Notes: generated from the sequence alone by a model not told the origin. A stretch of DNA of 64,000 bases from an uncultured Ilumatobacteraceae bacterium (GCA_965371355.1 CBDUYD010000001.1:1681-65680); one strand, 5' to 3'; positions 1 to 9,949 are shown, counted from the first letter of the stretch. Translations and numbers: made by a program.

Positions 1-1097
1 GGGTCATCGTCGCGCTGTTGCTCAGCTCGGCCCTGTTGCTCACCCTCGACGTGAGGGGAAGCGTGGTGATCGATCGGGCCCGAGATGGAGCGTCGCGCGC
101 GATGGAGCCGATCGACGACGCGGTCGACGCGATCACGACTCCGATCGTCAGAGGCTGGAACGGGATCGTCGACTACGACGACCTCGAAAAGCAGAACCAG
201 GCGCTCCAGGACCAGCTCGACCGTCTGGTGGGCACCCAGGCCGCAGCCGAGGCGAGCGTGATCGAATACCAGGAACTGCTCGCCCTCAACAACCTGCCGT
301 CGCTCGCCGGCATCGACACCGAGGTGGCCCAGCTGATCGGGACGACATCGAACAATTTCGATCAGGTCGTCGAGATCAACAAGGGTCGCTCGAGCGGCAT
401 CCAGATCGGCATGCCGGTCGTCAACCAGGCGGGCATCGTCGGCAAGATCACCGCGATCACCGACACGGCGTCGCGCGTGATGCTGGCCACCGACCGCCGC
501 TACACCGTCGCCGTGCGGATCATCGCCGGCACACCGTGCGTCGAGGAGACGCCCGTCGAGACGTCGCCCTCGGGCCTGACCGACGACGAGATCCTCGACC
601 TGTCGACGACGACAACCTCCATCGACGATCGCGACCCCTCGAACGTCGTCACCGACAGCACGCTCCCGGGAGGCGCCGGACCGACGACCACGTTCCCCGA
701 TCTCAGCGGACTCGTGCCGACGACCACGATCGACCCGCTCGACGCCTTGGCCGAGACACCCGCCACGTCGTCGACGACAACTACCACCACCGTTCTCGAT
801 GTGGTCGAGAAGGAGTTCGGCGCGCTCGAGGGGCGGGGCGGTCAACGACTCCCGCAGGTGCGGTTCCTCCAGAACAACCCCTCGCTGACCGAACTCGAGG
901 AGTGCGATCTGGTCGAGACCGCCGGGGGTTCGCAGAGCCTCGCGCCTCAGGGGATTCCGGTGGGCCGCGTCGCCAACCGTGCCGACCGACCGGGGTCGGG
1001 CGGCCCACTGCTCGACGTCGAACTGTACGCCGATCTCGACGCCCTCAACTTCGTCCGGGTCGTGCTGTACAAGCCGCTGTCGGAGATCGACGAGTGA
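1..1097 (+). CDS. mreC: Rod shape-determining protein MreC, N-terminus cut by the window edge
   Basis: The frame is open from nt 3, and the membrane anchor VIVALLLSSALLLTL continues upstream of the listed TTG at 18. Coiled coil DLEKQNQALQDQLDRL. C-terminal MreC-like beta-barrel segments. Followed by mreD, PBP2 and rodA. Confidence 0.85.
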   Translation, partial: VIVALLLSSALLLTLDVRGSVVIDRARDGASRAMEPIDDAVDAITTPIVRGWNGIVDYDDLEKQNQALQDQLDRLVGTQAAAEASVIEYQELLALNNLPSLAGIDTEVAQLIGTTSNNFDQVVEINKGRSSGIQIGMPVVNQAGIVGKITAITDTASRVMLATDRRYTVAVRIIAGTPCVEETPVETSPSGLTDDEILDLSTTTTSIDDRDPSNVVTDSTLPGGAGPTTTFPDLSGLVPTTTIDPLDALAETPATSSTTTTTTVLDVVEKEFGALEGRGGQRLPQVRFLQNNPSLTELEECDLVETAGGSQSLAPQGIPVGRVANRADRPGSGGPLLDVELYADLDALNFVRVVLYKPLSEIDE

Positions 1098-1144
1098 CCA
1101 CTGGCACGCCCGACCCTTTCCGCGCGGCGGGTCGGTGATCGCTG

Positions 1145-1684
1145 ATGCTCGCTGCGTTCGTGCAAGGACCGTTGATCCGGGTGATCCCGGTGGGGATCAT
1201 CCTGCTCGCGCTCCAGCGCACGCTCTTCGTCGAGCTCACCGTCGACGGTGTGATCATCCAGGTGATGACGGCGTTCGCAGCGGCCGCCGGCGCTGTCGGG
1301 GGGAGTGAGCGGGGAGCGGTCGTCGGATTCGTCCTCGGGATGATGTTCGACCTGGTCGAGGGCACACCGCTCGGATCGACGGCGATCGCGATGACGATCG
1401 CCGGTGTGGTCGCAGGTCTGCTCGCGCTGATAGCCCCCGACCCACAGTGGTGGCTGTTCGCGATCTTCACGGGGCTCGGAGCGGCGGCGGCGGAGATCGC
1501 GGCGCCCGTCGTCCGGGTTCTGATCGGCGAGGTGGAGCCGTTCGACGCGAGGCTCGCGGTCGTCGTGCCGACGGTGGCGGTGTCGGCAGCTCTGATGAGC
1601 CCGGTGCTCGTCCCGATCGCGCGATGGTGTCTGCGACTCAAGCCGGCCGAGTGGAAGGAATCGACGGTCGACGCTGCGACATGA
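1145..1684 (+). CDS. mreD: Rod shape-determining protein MreD (polytopic membrane protein)
   Basis: 179-aa hydrophobic multi-TM protein located directly between mreC and the PBP2 gene. The call rests on position and size. Confidence 0.7.
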   Translation: MLAAFVQGPLIRVIPVGIILLALQRTLFVELTVDGVIIQVMTAFAAAAGAVGGSERGAVVGFVLGMMFDLVEGTPLGSTAIAMTIAGVVAGLLALIAPDPQWWLFAIFTGLGAAAAEIAAPVVRVLIGEVEPFDARLAVVVPTVAVSAALMSPVLVPIARWCLRLKPAEWKESTVDAAT

Positions 1685-1793
1685 GTTTCGGTTCCCGGAA
1701 TCTCTGTGGCATGAGACCGGTGACGTGCGCGACCAATCGGGGGTCGAAACTGGGCAGACTGGTACGTCATGAGTCCGCGATCAGAGGCCGTCG

Positions 1794-4004
1794 ATGGCCG
1801 TTGACAAGAGAGCGGCGCGCCTCGGCGTCCTAGCTCTGATCGCCGCGTTGCTGTTCGGGCTCGTCGGTACACGCCTCTGGTTCCTTCAGACGGTCGAGCA
1901 GGAGACGCTCCAAGAAGACGTCGATGCGACCAAACTGCGAACCGTGCCGCTACTCCCCGAGCGCGGCCGCGTCTTCGATTCCGATGGTCGCATCCTGGCC
2001 GACAACGAGCGCGTGCTCACCGTCGGTGTCGACTGGCAGGTCATCCGCAGCACGAGCGACCGCGCAGAGGTCTTCCGGCGACTCTCGGGCTGGATCGATG
2101 TCCCGGTCGACGAGATGGAGGCGCGGTTCGAGAGCGGAATCTACAGCCCGTTCCTGCCGATGCCGGTCGTCGAGGACATCGACGAGCGCACGGCGATCGC
2201 GCTGAAGGAGCGGATCGAGGATCTGCCCGGGGTGGCGATCATCGAGGACTCGCGACGCGTTTACCCCTACGCGCCGCTGGCGAGCCACATCGTCGGATAC
2301 ATGGGTCGCATCACCAAGGAGAACAAGGACCACTACGTCGACGCCGGCTACAACCTCAACGAACGGGTAGGCCAGTTCGGCATCGAGCTGAGCATGGAGG
2401 AAGAACTCCACGGCCAGTGGGGCTACGTCACCTACGAGGTCGACCACTCGAGCCGGATCGTCAGGACCGTCGCCGAGGTCCCGGCGATCGACGGGCAGGA
2501 CGTGCAGATCACGATCGATCTCGATCAACAGCAGTACGCCGAGCAGGCGCTCGAGACACAGCTCAAGCTCCGCCGGTTCCAGACGGCCAAGAACCCGCTC
2601 GATCGCGAAGAGAAGTTCAAGCAACGGGTCTTCCCCGAGTTCCCCCCCGAGGTGCCATACAAGGCGCCGGCGGGCGCGGTCGTCGTCCAGAACCACGACA
2701 CTGGCCATGTGATCGCGCTCGCCAGCTATCCGACGTTCGACAATCGCTGGTTCGAATCCGACCTCGGCGAGGGCAAGTTCGAGGAATTGTTCCCCGCTGT
2801 CGACGAGAACGGCGACCCGATCGATCCCGACGAATCGATCCTCGTCAACCGCGCGATCCAGGGTCGCTACAACCTCGGGTCGACGTTCAAGCCGTTCACG
2901 GCGTACGCCGCGCTGAGCAGCGGTCTGCTCTCGATCGACGACTACTATCTCGATCAGGGCAGCTACAAGATGGAGTCCGTCGCCGACGACAAGTGCAGTT
3001 CGGGCCTCGTGCGTTGCGTCTACAAGAACGCGACGTGCAGCGGCACGGGCAAGCCGTGTGTCTACGGTTGGGTCGACGTCGAGACAGCGCTCGCGGTATC
3101 GAGCGATGCCTTCTTCTACCGCGTCGGCGAGCTGATGATGACCGAGAACGACTACCAGCCGGTGCTGCAGGAGAAGGTCGAACTGTTCGGGTTCGGTTCC
3201 GACACGGGGATCGCTCTCCCGTACGAGTTCGACGGGACGGTGCCGGACGCCGAGCTCAAGGCCGAGTACGCCGACCTCGGAGTGATCAGTGAGGCCGAGG
3301 GCGAGAACTACTTCACCGGCGACAACGTGCAGTTGGCGATCGGGCAAGGGTTGCTCTCGGCGTCGCCACTGCAGCTCGCGAATGGCTACTCAGCGATCGC
3401 CAACGGCGGATTCGTGATGAAGCCCGAGCTGATCAAGGCGATCTACGAACCGGGCGTGCCCGACTCGGCGACGCCCGGCTACGCCGACGTCGCGAAGGGC
3501 CGCCTCGCGACCGAACCGAACGTCACCGGTGAGGTGGTGCGGCAGATCCCGATGCCGCCGGCGATCCGCGCGGAGATCAACAACGGTCTCACCCGTGTGA
3601 TCAGGGGACCGGGCACGACGAGCGACTACTACCACTCGACGACCGGCGAGAAACTGTTCTACTTCTACCCGAGTTCGGCGATCCCGGTCGCCGGCAAGAC
3701 CGGTACGGCACAGGGCGCCGGCAACTACCCGTGGAACGACTCCTCGGCGTTCACCGCCTACAGCCAGGATCCGAACCGGCCCTACACCGTCGCGGCCTAT
3801 CTCGAGAAGTCCGGATACGGCTCGCGCGCTGCGGGCCCCGTCGTGAAGTGCATGTTCCTCCAGTTGTCGGGCATCGCCCTCGCCGACGAGGTCGTCCTGA
3901 GCGACCCGCTCGACATCGAATCGACCGATCCGGCGCCGAACAAGTGGCTGAGCGACACGTCCTGCTTCGACGGCCGCTTCTCGAACCAGACGACTACCGA
4001 GTAG
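1794..4004 (+). CDS. mrdA: Penicillin-binding protein 2 (class B transpeptidase)
   Basis: N-terminal anchor LGVLALIAALLFGLVG. Transpeptidase motifs STFKP (SxxK) and KTGTAQ (KTG). Sits in the mreCD-rodA context. Confidence 0.9.
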   Translation: MAVDKRAARLGVLALIAALLFGLVGTRLWFLQTVEQETLQEDVDATKLRTVPLLPERGRVFDSDGRILADNERVLTVGVDWQVIRSTSDRAEVFRRLSGWIDVPVDEMEARFESGIYSPFLPMPVVEDIDERTAIALKERIEDLPGVAIIEDSRRVYPYAPLASHIVGYMGRITKENKDHYVDAGYNLNERVGQFGIELSMEEELHGQWGYVTYEVDHSSRIVRTVAEVPAIDGQDVQITIDLDQQQYAEQALETQLKLRRFQTAKNPLDREEKFKQRVFPEFPPEVPYKAPAGAVVVQNHDTGHVIALASYPTFDNRWFESDLGEGKFEELFPAVDENGDPIDPDESILVNRAIQGRYNLGSTFKPFTAYAALSSGLLSIDDYYLDQGSYKMESVADDKCSSGLVRCVYKNATCSGTGKPCVYGWVDVETALAVSSDAFFYRVGELMMTENDYQPVLQEKVELFGFGSDTGIALPYEFDGTVPDAELKAEYADLGVISEAEGENYFTGDNVQLAIGQGLLSASPLQLANGYSAIANGGFVMKPELIKAIYEPGVPDSATPGYADVAKGRLATEPNVTGEVVRQIPMPPAIRAEINNGLTRVIRGPGTTSDYYHSTTGEKLFYFYPSSAIPVAGKTGTAQGAGNYPWNDSSAFTAYSQDPNRPYTVAAYLEKSGYGSRAAGPVVKCMFLQLSGIALADEVVLSDPLDIESTDPAPNKWLSDTSCFDGRFSNQTTTE

Positions 4005-4013
4005 CGGTCAGCC

Positions 4014-5168
4014 GTGGCCACCTCGTTCCTCTCGCGCCGACCGGATTCGGGACTCGGCAACATCCGCGCGAGCCCGGGCGCCCCGAGTCGCAACGTCGAC
4101 TGGATCCTGCTGATCGTGCAGTTGGCTCTCACGGTGATCGGTTTCTTCATCGTGTTCTCCGCGTCGCGCACGCGGGTCCTCGACGACCCGTATGCGTTCG
4201 TCACACGTCAGGTGGTCTTCGCCATCGTCGCAGCCATCGTGATGGTCCTCGTGATGTCGGTCGACTACGAGTGGTGGAAGGAGCGCGCGGCGTTCCTGTA
4301 CGGGCTGACGATCGTCCTGCTGTTGCTGCTGTTCCTGCTCGGCATCGCGAGCGGTGAGGACCGGATCTCGTTCGATCTCGGGCCGTTCAACATGCAGCCT
4401 GCCGAACTCGCGAAGTTCACGACGCTGTTGATGCTGGCGAGCTACCTCGCCGAGGAACGCAGCGACGAGGTCTCCTACGCCCGCTTCCTCGGCGGCATGA
4501 TGATCGTCGGCTTCCCCGCGGTGCTCGTGATCGTGCAGCCCGACCTCGGGTCGGCGTCGGTGATCATCTCGCTCGCGATGGGGGTGCTGCTCGTCGCCGG
4601 CGCCAAGACGCGCTACATCGCGATGATCACGATGCTGTCCGTGGCGACGGTCGGCGCCGCCTTCCTCGGCCGCCTGGTCAACGACTACCAGGCGGCCCGC
4701 ATCCGCGCGCTGCTCAATCCGACCGCCGCTGGAACCGACGACACGTACCAGGCCGAAAACGCGATGCGGGCGATCGGCACCGGCGGCATCTGGGGCAAGG
4801 GCTGGTTGAAGGGGCCGCTCACGAACGGCCGCGACATCCCCGTGATGTGGGCCGACTTCCCGTTCGCCGCGGTCGGCGAACAGTTCGGACTCGTCGGCTC
4901 CGCGGTGATACTCGCGCTGATCGCTGTCGCTCTGCTGCGCATCTGGCGGATCGCGCACCTCTCGCGCGATCTGCTCGGCACCTACCTGTGTGCCGGTGTC
5001 TTCACGATGATGCTCTGGCAGGCGTTCCAGAACATCGGGATGACGCTTCGGATCCTTCCCGTCACGGGCCTCCCGCTACCGTTCATCTCCTACGGCGGAT
5101 CGGGACTGATCGTCTACTTCGCGATGTTCGGCCTCGTCCAGAGCGTCCACATGCGCCGCATGCGCTAG
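4014..5168 (+). CDS. rodA: SEDS-family peptidoglycan polymerase RodA (FtsW/RodA/SpoVE)
   Basis: About 10 TM segments. Conserved C-terminal PVTGLPLPFISYGGS motif. Adjacent to the PBP2 gene. Confidence 0.9.
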   Translation: MATSFLSRRPDSGLGNIRASPGAPSRNVDWILLIVQLALTVIGFFIVFSASRTRVLDDPYAFVTRQVVFAIVAAIVMVLVMSVDYEWWKERAAFLYGLTIVLLLLLFLLGIASGEDRISFDLGPFNMQPAELAKFTTLLMLASYLAEERSDEVSYARFLGGMMIVGFPAVLVIVQPDLGSASVIISLAMGVLLVAGAKTRYIAMITMLSVATVGAAFLGRLVNDYQAARIRALLNPTAAGTDDTYQAENAMRAIGTGGIWGKGWLKGPLTNGRDIPVMWADFPFAAVGEQFGLVGSAVILALIAVALLRIWRIAHLSRDLLGTYLCAGVFTMMLWQAFQNIGMTLRILPVTGLPLPFISYGGSGLIVYFAMFGLVQSVHMRRMR

Positions 5169-5174
5169 CGGTTT

Positions 5175-5255
5175 TCGATTGCTCGGGCTGTGTCGATTGC
5201 TCGGATTGCTCCCTCGCGGTCGCGGCGCCGCCTGTTTCTGGCGCTCGGGTCACGC
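5175..5255 (+). repeat. Intergenic direct repeats TCGATTGCTCGG x2 plus partial GATTGCTCC, with a CTGTGTCG box and a GGTCACGC box
   Basis: TCGATTGCTCGG at 5175-5186 and 5193-5204. Partial copy at 5204-5212. CTGTGTCG at 5188-5195. GGTCACGC at 5248-5255. Lies between the rodA stop (5168) and the radical-SAM start (5286). Confidence 0.7.
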
Positions 5256-5285
5256 GATCTGGTGCGCCGGTAGTCTTGTGAGGTC

Positions 5286-7292
5286 ATGACGTCGATCTGG
5301 TCCGAGCTCGAGCCCCTGCTCGCGCGTGTGCAGAAGCCGGCCCGTTACATCGGCTGCGAGGACGGCATGATCGAGCCCGAACACTCCTCCGGAAGCGTCG
5401 CATGGCTGCTCACGTACCCCGACACGTACGAGATCGGGCTGCCGAACCAGGGGCTCCAGATCCTCTACGAGATCATCAACGAGCGCGCCGACGCGGTCGC
5501 CGAACGCGCCTATGCCCCATGGTCCGACCTCGAGGCCGAACTGCGCCGGGCCGGGCTCCCGCTGTTCTCGGTCGACACCCACCGCCCGGCCACCGAGTTC
5601 GACGTGCTCGCCTTCAACCTGTCTGCCGAGCTGGTCTACACGAACGTTCTCAATCTGATCGACCTCGCCGGCGCACCGGTACGTGCCGAACACCGCACGG
5701 CGGGTGACCCGCTCGTCATCATCGGCGGTCACGCGGCGTTCAATCCGGAGCCGCTCGCCGATTTCGTCGATGCGGTCGTCCTCGGTGAGGGCGAGGAGGT
5801 CGTCGGCGAGATCACCGAGGTCCTCCGCATGTGGATCGACGGTGGCCGTACCGACCGCGGAGGAATGCTCAGGCGACTCTCGTCGGTGCCCGGCGTGTAC
5901 GTGCCGTCGATGTACGACGTCACCTATGACGACTGGGCCGACGGCGGCCGGATCCGGTCGATCGTGCCGCGATTCGCCGATGTGCCCGAGACCGTCGACA
6001 AGCGGACCATCGCCGATCTCGGCGAGTGGCCGTACCCGAAGCGCCCGCTCGCTCCTCTGTCGGAGGTCGTCCACGATCGGCTGAGCGTTGAGGTGTTCCG
6101 CGGCTGCACCAGGGGCTGCAGGTTCTGCCAGGCGGGGATGATCACCCGACCGGTGCGCGAGCGGCCTGCCGAGCAAGTGCGCACGATGGTCGCTGAGGGA
6201 CTCGCCCGGACCGGCTACGACGAGGTCAGCCTCACATCGCTCTCGACCGCCGATTTCAGCGACATCGAGGCGTCGGTCGCCGGCATCCTCGCCGACCGTG
6301 AGGCGTCATCGCCGCTCGGATCCGATGGCAACCCGATCGGGTGTCCTACCACGATCAATCTGCCCTCGTTGCGGGTCGACGCGTTCACGGTCGGCCTTGC
6401 CGCCGGGGTGAGTTCGGGCCGCCGGTCGGGTCTCACGTTCGCGCCCGAGGCGGGCACGTGGCGGTTGCGAAAGGTGATCAACAAGCTGATCCTCGAGGAC
6501 GACCTCTTCGGGGCCGTCGAGTCGGCCTTCTCCCAGGGATGGACCCGGATGAAGCTGTACTTCCTGATCGGACTCCCCACCGAGACCGACGAGGACGTAC
6601 TCGCGATCGCCGAACTCGCCAAGCGATGCGTCGCGATCGGCAAGCGGTACACCAACCGGGCGTCGGTCACCCTGAGCGTCGGCGGCTTCGTCCCCAAGGC
6701 GCACACGCCGTTCCAGTGGTTCGGGCAGAACACCCGCGACGAGTTCGCGCGCAAGGTCGATCTGCTGCGCGGCGCGACACGTCGGGCGGCGAGCGTCAAC
6801 ATGAAATGGCACGACCCCGCAGCAACGACGGCCGAGGGTGTCGCGAGCCGCGGCGACCGCCGCGTCGGCCAGGTGATCGAGCGCGTCTGGCGTGCGGGCG
6901 GCACGTTTCAGGAATGGGGCGAGCACTTCGATCTCGACCTCTGGACCGAGGCGTTCGATACCGAGGGCCTGTCGCTCGACTGGTACGTCCACCGGCACCG
7001 CCGCGACGACGAGATGCTGCCGTGGGCGCACCTCTCAGCGGGCCTGCACAGCGACTTCCTGTGGGATGACTGGCAGGCTGCGCTCGCCGAGAGTGGCGTC
7101 GAGGACTGCCGCTGGACCCCCTGTTACGACTGCGGCGTCTGCACCGGCTACGGGATCGAGCACGTCGTCGCCTCGCCGATCCCTCCCGCCGGCGGGAGCC
7201 AGGGCACCGGCCAGGATCTCGGCCGCGGGGTCGAGGTTCGCGTCGATCTCACCCCGAGAGCCGTCGCTCGATCGGTGGGGGTCCCCGCGTGA
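5286..7292 (+). CDS. Radical SAM protein with an N-terminal B12-binding-like domain (TIGR03960-like)
   Basis: CxxxCxxC cluster motif CTRGCRFCQAG. 668 aa. Followed by a DUF2344-type partner, the arrangement typical upstream of actinobacterial rne. Confidence 0.85.
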   Translation: MTSIWSELEPLLARVQKPARYIGCEDGMIEPEHSSGSVAWLLTYPDTYEIGLPNQGLQILYEIINERADAVAERAYAPWSDLEAELRRAGLPLFSVDTHRPATEFDVLAFNLSAELVYTNVLNLIDLAGAPVRAEHRTAGDPLVIIGGHAAFNPEPLADFVDAVVLGEGEEVVGEITEVLRMWIDGGRTDRGGMLRRLSSVPGVYVPSMYDVTYDDWADGGRIRSIVPRFADVPETVDKRTIADLGEWPYPKRPLAPLSEVVHDRLSVEVFRGCTRGCRFCQAGMITRPVRERPAEQVRTMVAEGLARTGYDEVSLTSLSTADFSDIEASVAGILADREASSPLGSDGNPIGCPTTINLPSLRVDAFTVGLAAGVSSGRRSGLTFAPEAGTWRLRKVINKLILEDDLFGAVESAFSQGWTRMKLYFLIGLPTETDEDVLAIAELAKRCVAIGKRYTNRASVTLSVGGFVPKAHTPFQWFGQNTRDEFARKVDLLRGATRRAASVNMKWHDPAATTAEGVASRGDRRVGQVIERVWRAGGTFQEWGEHFDLDLWTEAFDTEGLSLDWYVHRHRRDDEMLPWAHLSAGLHSDFLWDDWQAALAESGVEDCRWTPCYDCGVCTGYGIEHVVASPIPPAGGSQGTGQDLGRGVEVRVDLTPRAVARSVGVPA

Positions 7293-7999
7293 AGCTGCGT
7301 CTCCGCTACGGCAAGCTCGGCAAGGTCCGCTTCGTCAGCCACCGCGACGGTGCTCGTCTGTGGGAGCGGGCGTTGCGTAGAGTGGCTCTTCCAGTGGCGT
7401 ACTCCGAAGGATTCACCCCTCGTCCGAAGCTCGGCTTCGGGCTCGCCCTTCCAACCGGCGCCGAGTCGATCGCCGAGTACATCGACATCGATCTGGTGAT
7501 CGGCGCCGAGGTCGATCCCGGTGACACCTCACTCGTCGACGCGTTGTCCGAGGCGCTCCCCGTCGGTATCGACGTGGCACTCGTCGCCGAACGCGACCCG
7601 TTGGCCGCGTCACTGCAGGAGGACGTCACGTCGACCACCTGGGAACTCTCGGGAGCGGACATCGAGTCCGCTGACATCGACGCGGCGGCCGAACGACTCC
7701 TCGACTCCGACGAGGTGCTCGTCGACCGGGTGCGCAAGGGGCGGAGCAACATCGACAATGTGCGACCGTTGATCCGCTCGCTGGGCGCCGACCCGAGCGG
7801 CACCCGGTTCGTTGCCGAGCTGGTCACGATCGGGCGCGCGCTTCGGCCCTCGGAACTCGCGTCGGCGGCATTCCCGGGCATCGACCCGCTCGGGGTCAGG
7901 GTGCTGCGCACCCACCAGTGGATCGAACACGATGGCGACATGCGAGAAGTGCTCCCGCTGCCGGTCGCCGCCGCGCACGCTCGCGAGGGCAGCGCATGA
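7289..7999 (+). CDS. Radical-SAM-associated protein (DUF2344 / TIGR03936-like)
   Basis: Its GTG start overlaps the upstream stop (GTGA). N-terminus MKLRLRYGKLGKVRFVSHRD is typical of this family as I remember it. 236 aa. Confidence 0.75.
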   Translation: MKLRLRYGKLGKVRFVSHRDGARLWERALRRVALPVAYSEGFTPRPKLGFGLALPTGAESIAEYIDIDLVIGAEVDPGDTSLVDALSEALPVGIDVALVAERDPLAASLQEDVTSTTWELSGADIESADIDAAAERLLDSDEVLVDRVRKGRSNIDNVRPLIRSLGADPSGTRFVAELVTIGRALRPSELASAAFPGIDPLGVRVLRTHQWIEHDGDMREVLPLPVAAAHAREGSA

Positions 8000-8068
8000 A
8001 CGGGCCCGTCAACCGTCGGGCCCGACGAACTGACACGGCCGAGGCCGCGCCGCATCAGCGCGCCGCCG

Positions 8069-9928
8069 GTGGCCAGGAGGTCGGCCTGGCGCCGGGCCTC
8101 CCGAGAAGGGAACATCCCCACCATGGATCATCCGAAGACCGATCAGACCTCGAAGGAGCAGTCGGGCGAACGCGCTGAGCGCGAGAAGAAGCCGACAGAC
8201 TCCGCCGACCAGCGAACGGCTGGCCGCGGGTCGCACGACGATCGCAACGACATCGAGATGCCGAAGCCGCTCAGCGAGGGGCGACCGTCTGTCGCCGCCT
8301 CCGAGAAGGCGCTCGTTCGCAAGCCGAGGATCGGCGACACGATGCCGATTCCGACGTCGCCGCCACCCGGCCCGGCCGACCCGTCGGGCACTGAAGACAA
8401 GAGTGCGGACGCGAAGTCCGACGGTGGACAGAAACGTCGTCGGCGTCGCGGCGGCGGAGGCGGCCGTGGCACGGCGCGCGGCGGTCAGACCGACGACGGC
8501 GGCGGCCGGAGTGCCGAACAGACCAAGCAGCCGAAGTCGAAAGGTGCGCAGCCGCGGAAGGGTCGGCGCGGCCGCGGCCGCGGCCGATCCGAGTCCGATG
8601 GCGCAGCGGATGCCACGCTGCGCGAACGACGCCGAGGTCGCGAGCGCGACGGAAAACCGCTCGGACGGTACTTCATGGCGGTCCAGGTTCGGCCCGGGAT
8701 CTCACAGGTCGCCGTGCTCGAGGGCCGGAGTCTGATCGAGCACTACGTCAGCCGTCCCGCCGACGACGTCTCCCAGATCCACGGCAACGTCTACGTGGGC
8801 AAGGTGCAGAACGTGCTGCCGGGCATGGAGGCCGCATTCGTCGACATCGCGACACCCAAGAACGCCGTGCTCTACCGGGGCGACGTGCAGTACGACCCCG
8901 GAGACATCGAGCAGCGGGGGCGCAATCCGCGCATCGAGGACATCCTCAAGAACAAGCAGCTGATCGCCTGCCAGGTGACAAAGAACCCGATCGGTCACAA
9001 GGGCGCCCGGCTCACCCAGGAGGTGTCGCTCCCGGGGCGCTATGTCGTACTCATCCCGAACTCGAAGACCTACGGGATCTCCAAGCGACTCCCCGACGAC
9101 GTGCGCAAGCGGCTGCGCGGCATCCTCGATCGGGTGAAGCCAGACGAGCACGGTCTGATCGTCCGGACGGCTGCGGAGAACGCGACCGAGGACGAGTTGC
9201 GCACCGACATGACGATGCTGCTCGGCCAATGGGACGACATCGCCACCAAGGCCGCCAAGGCGCAGCGCCCGACGCTTCTCTACCGCGAGCCAGAGCTCGC
9301 CGTCCGCGTGATCCGCGAGGAGTTCAACGCTGACTATCGAGGGGTCGTCCTCGACGATCTCAGACTGTTCGAAGAGGTGCGCGCGTACGTCGAGGCGTTC
9401 AGTCCGGAGCTCGCCGATCGGATCGAGTACTACGACCCCGAGGCCGAGCAGCTCTCCCTGTTCGAGCGCCACCACATCCACGAGCAGGTGCACAAGGCGC
9501 TCGACCGCAAGGTTTGGCTGCCGTCCGGGGGCTCGTTGATCATCGAGCACACCGAGGCGCTGTCGGTGATCGATGTGAACACCGGCAAGAACGTCGGCAA
9601 GTCGAATCTGGAAGAGACCGTGTTCCACAACAACTTGGAGGCGGCCGAGGAGATCGCCAAGCAGCTACGTCTGCGCGACATCGGTGGAATCATCGTGATC
9701 GACTTCATCGACATGGAGATCCGTGACAACCGGGCCAAGGTCGTCGAGGCCTTTCGCAGCGCGCTGGCGCGCGACAAGACCCGCTCGCAGGTGTTCGACA
9801 TCACCGAACTCGGTCTCGTCGAGATGACGCGTAAGCGGATCGGCGAAGGCCTGCTCACCGAGTACTCCGAGCAATGTCCCGACTGCGAGGGGCGCGGCGT
9901 GCTCGTCGACTACGGGATGCTCGATTGA
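8069..9928 (+). CDS. rne: Ribonuclease E/G family endoribonuclease with an Arg/Gly-rich N-terminal extension
   Basis: S1 domain and RNase E/G catalytic core (GNVYVGKVQNVLPGMEAAFVDI, SLIIEHTEALSVIDVNTG, IGGIIVIDFIDM). C-terminal CPxCxGxG zinc link. An alternative ATG start at 8123 (MDHPKTDQ) is plausible. Confidence 0.9.
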   Translation: MARRSAWRRASREGNIPTMDHPKTDQTSKEQSGERAEREKKPTDSADQRTAGRGSHDDRNDIEMPKPLSEGRPSVAASEKALVRKPRIGDTMPIPTSPPPGPADPSGTEDKSADAKSDGGQKRRRRRGGGGGRGTARGGQTDDGGGRSAEQTKQPKSKGAQPRKGRRGRGRGRSESDGAADATLRERRRGRERDGKPLGRYFMAVQVRPGISQVAVLEGRSLIEHYVSRPADDVSQIHGNVYVGKVQNVLPGMEAAFVDIATPKNAVLYRGDVQYDPGDIEQRGRNPRIEDILKNKQLIACQVTKNPIGHKGARLTQEVSLPGRYVVLIPNSKTYGISKRLPDDVRKRLRGILDRVKPDEHGLIVRTAAENATEDELRTDMTMLLGQWDDIATKAAKAQRPTLLYREPELAVRVIREEFNADYRGVVLDDLRLFEEVRAYVEAFSPELADRIEYYDPEAEQLSLFERHHIHEQVHKALDRKVWLPSGGSLIIEHTEALSVIDVNTGKNVGKSNLEETVFHNNLEAAEEIAKQLRLRDIGGIIVIDFIDMEIRDNRAKVVEAFRSALARDKTRSQVFDITELGLVEMTRKRIGEGLLTEYSEQCPDCEGRGVLVDYGMLD

Positions 9929-9949
9929 TCGTTTCGTTCGTCCGACGGG

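Noticed and set aside
8100-8680. Arg/Gly/Lys-rich low-complexity stretch as a repeat or foreign insert
   Set aside because: It is in frame and continuous with the RNase E catalytic core. Arg-rich disordered extensions are a normal feature of actinobacterial RNase E.
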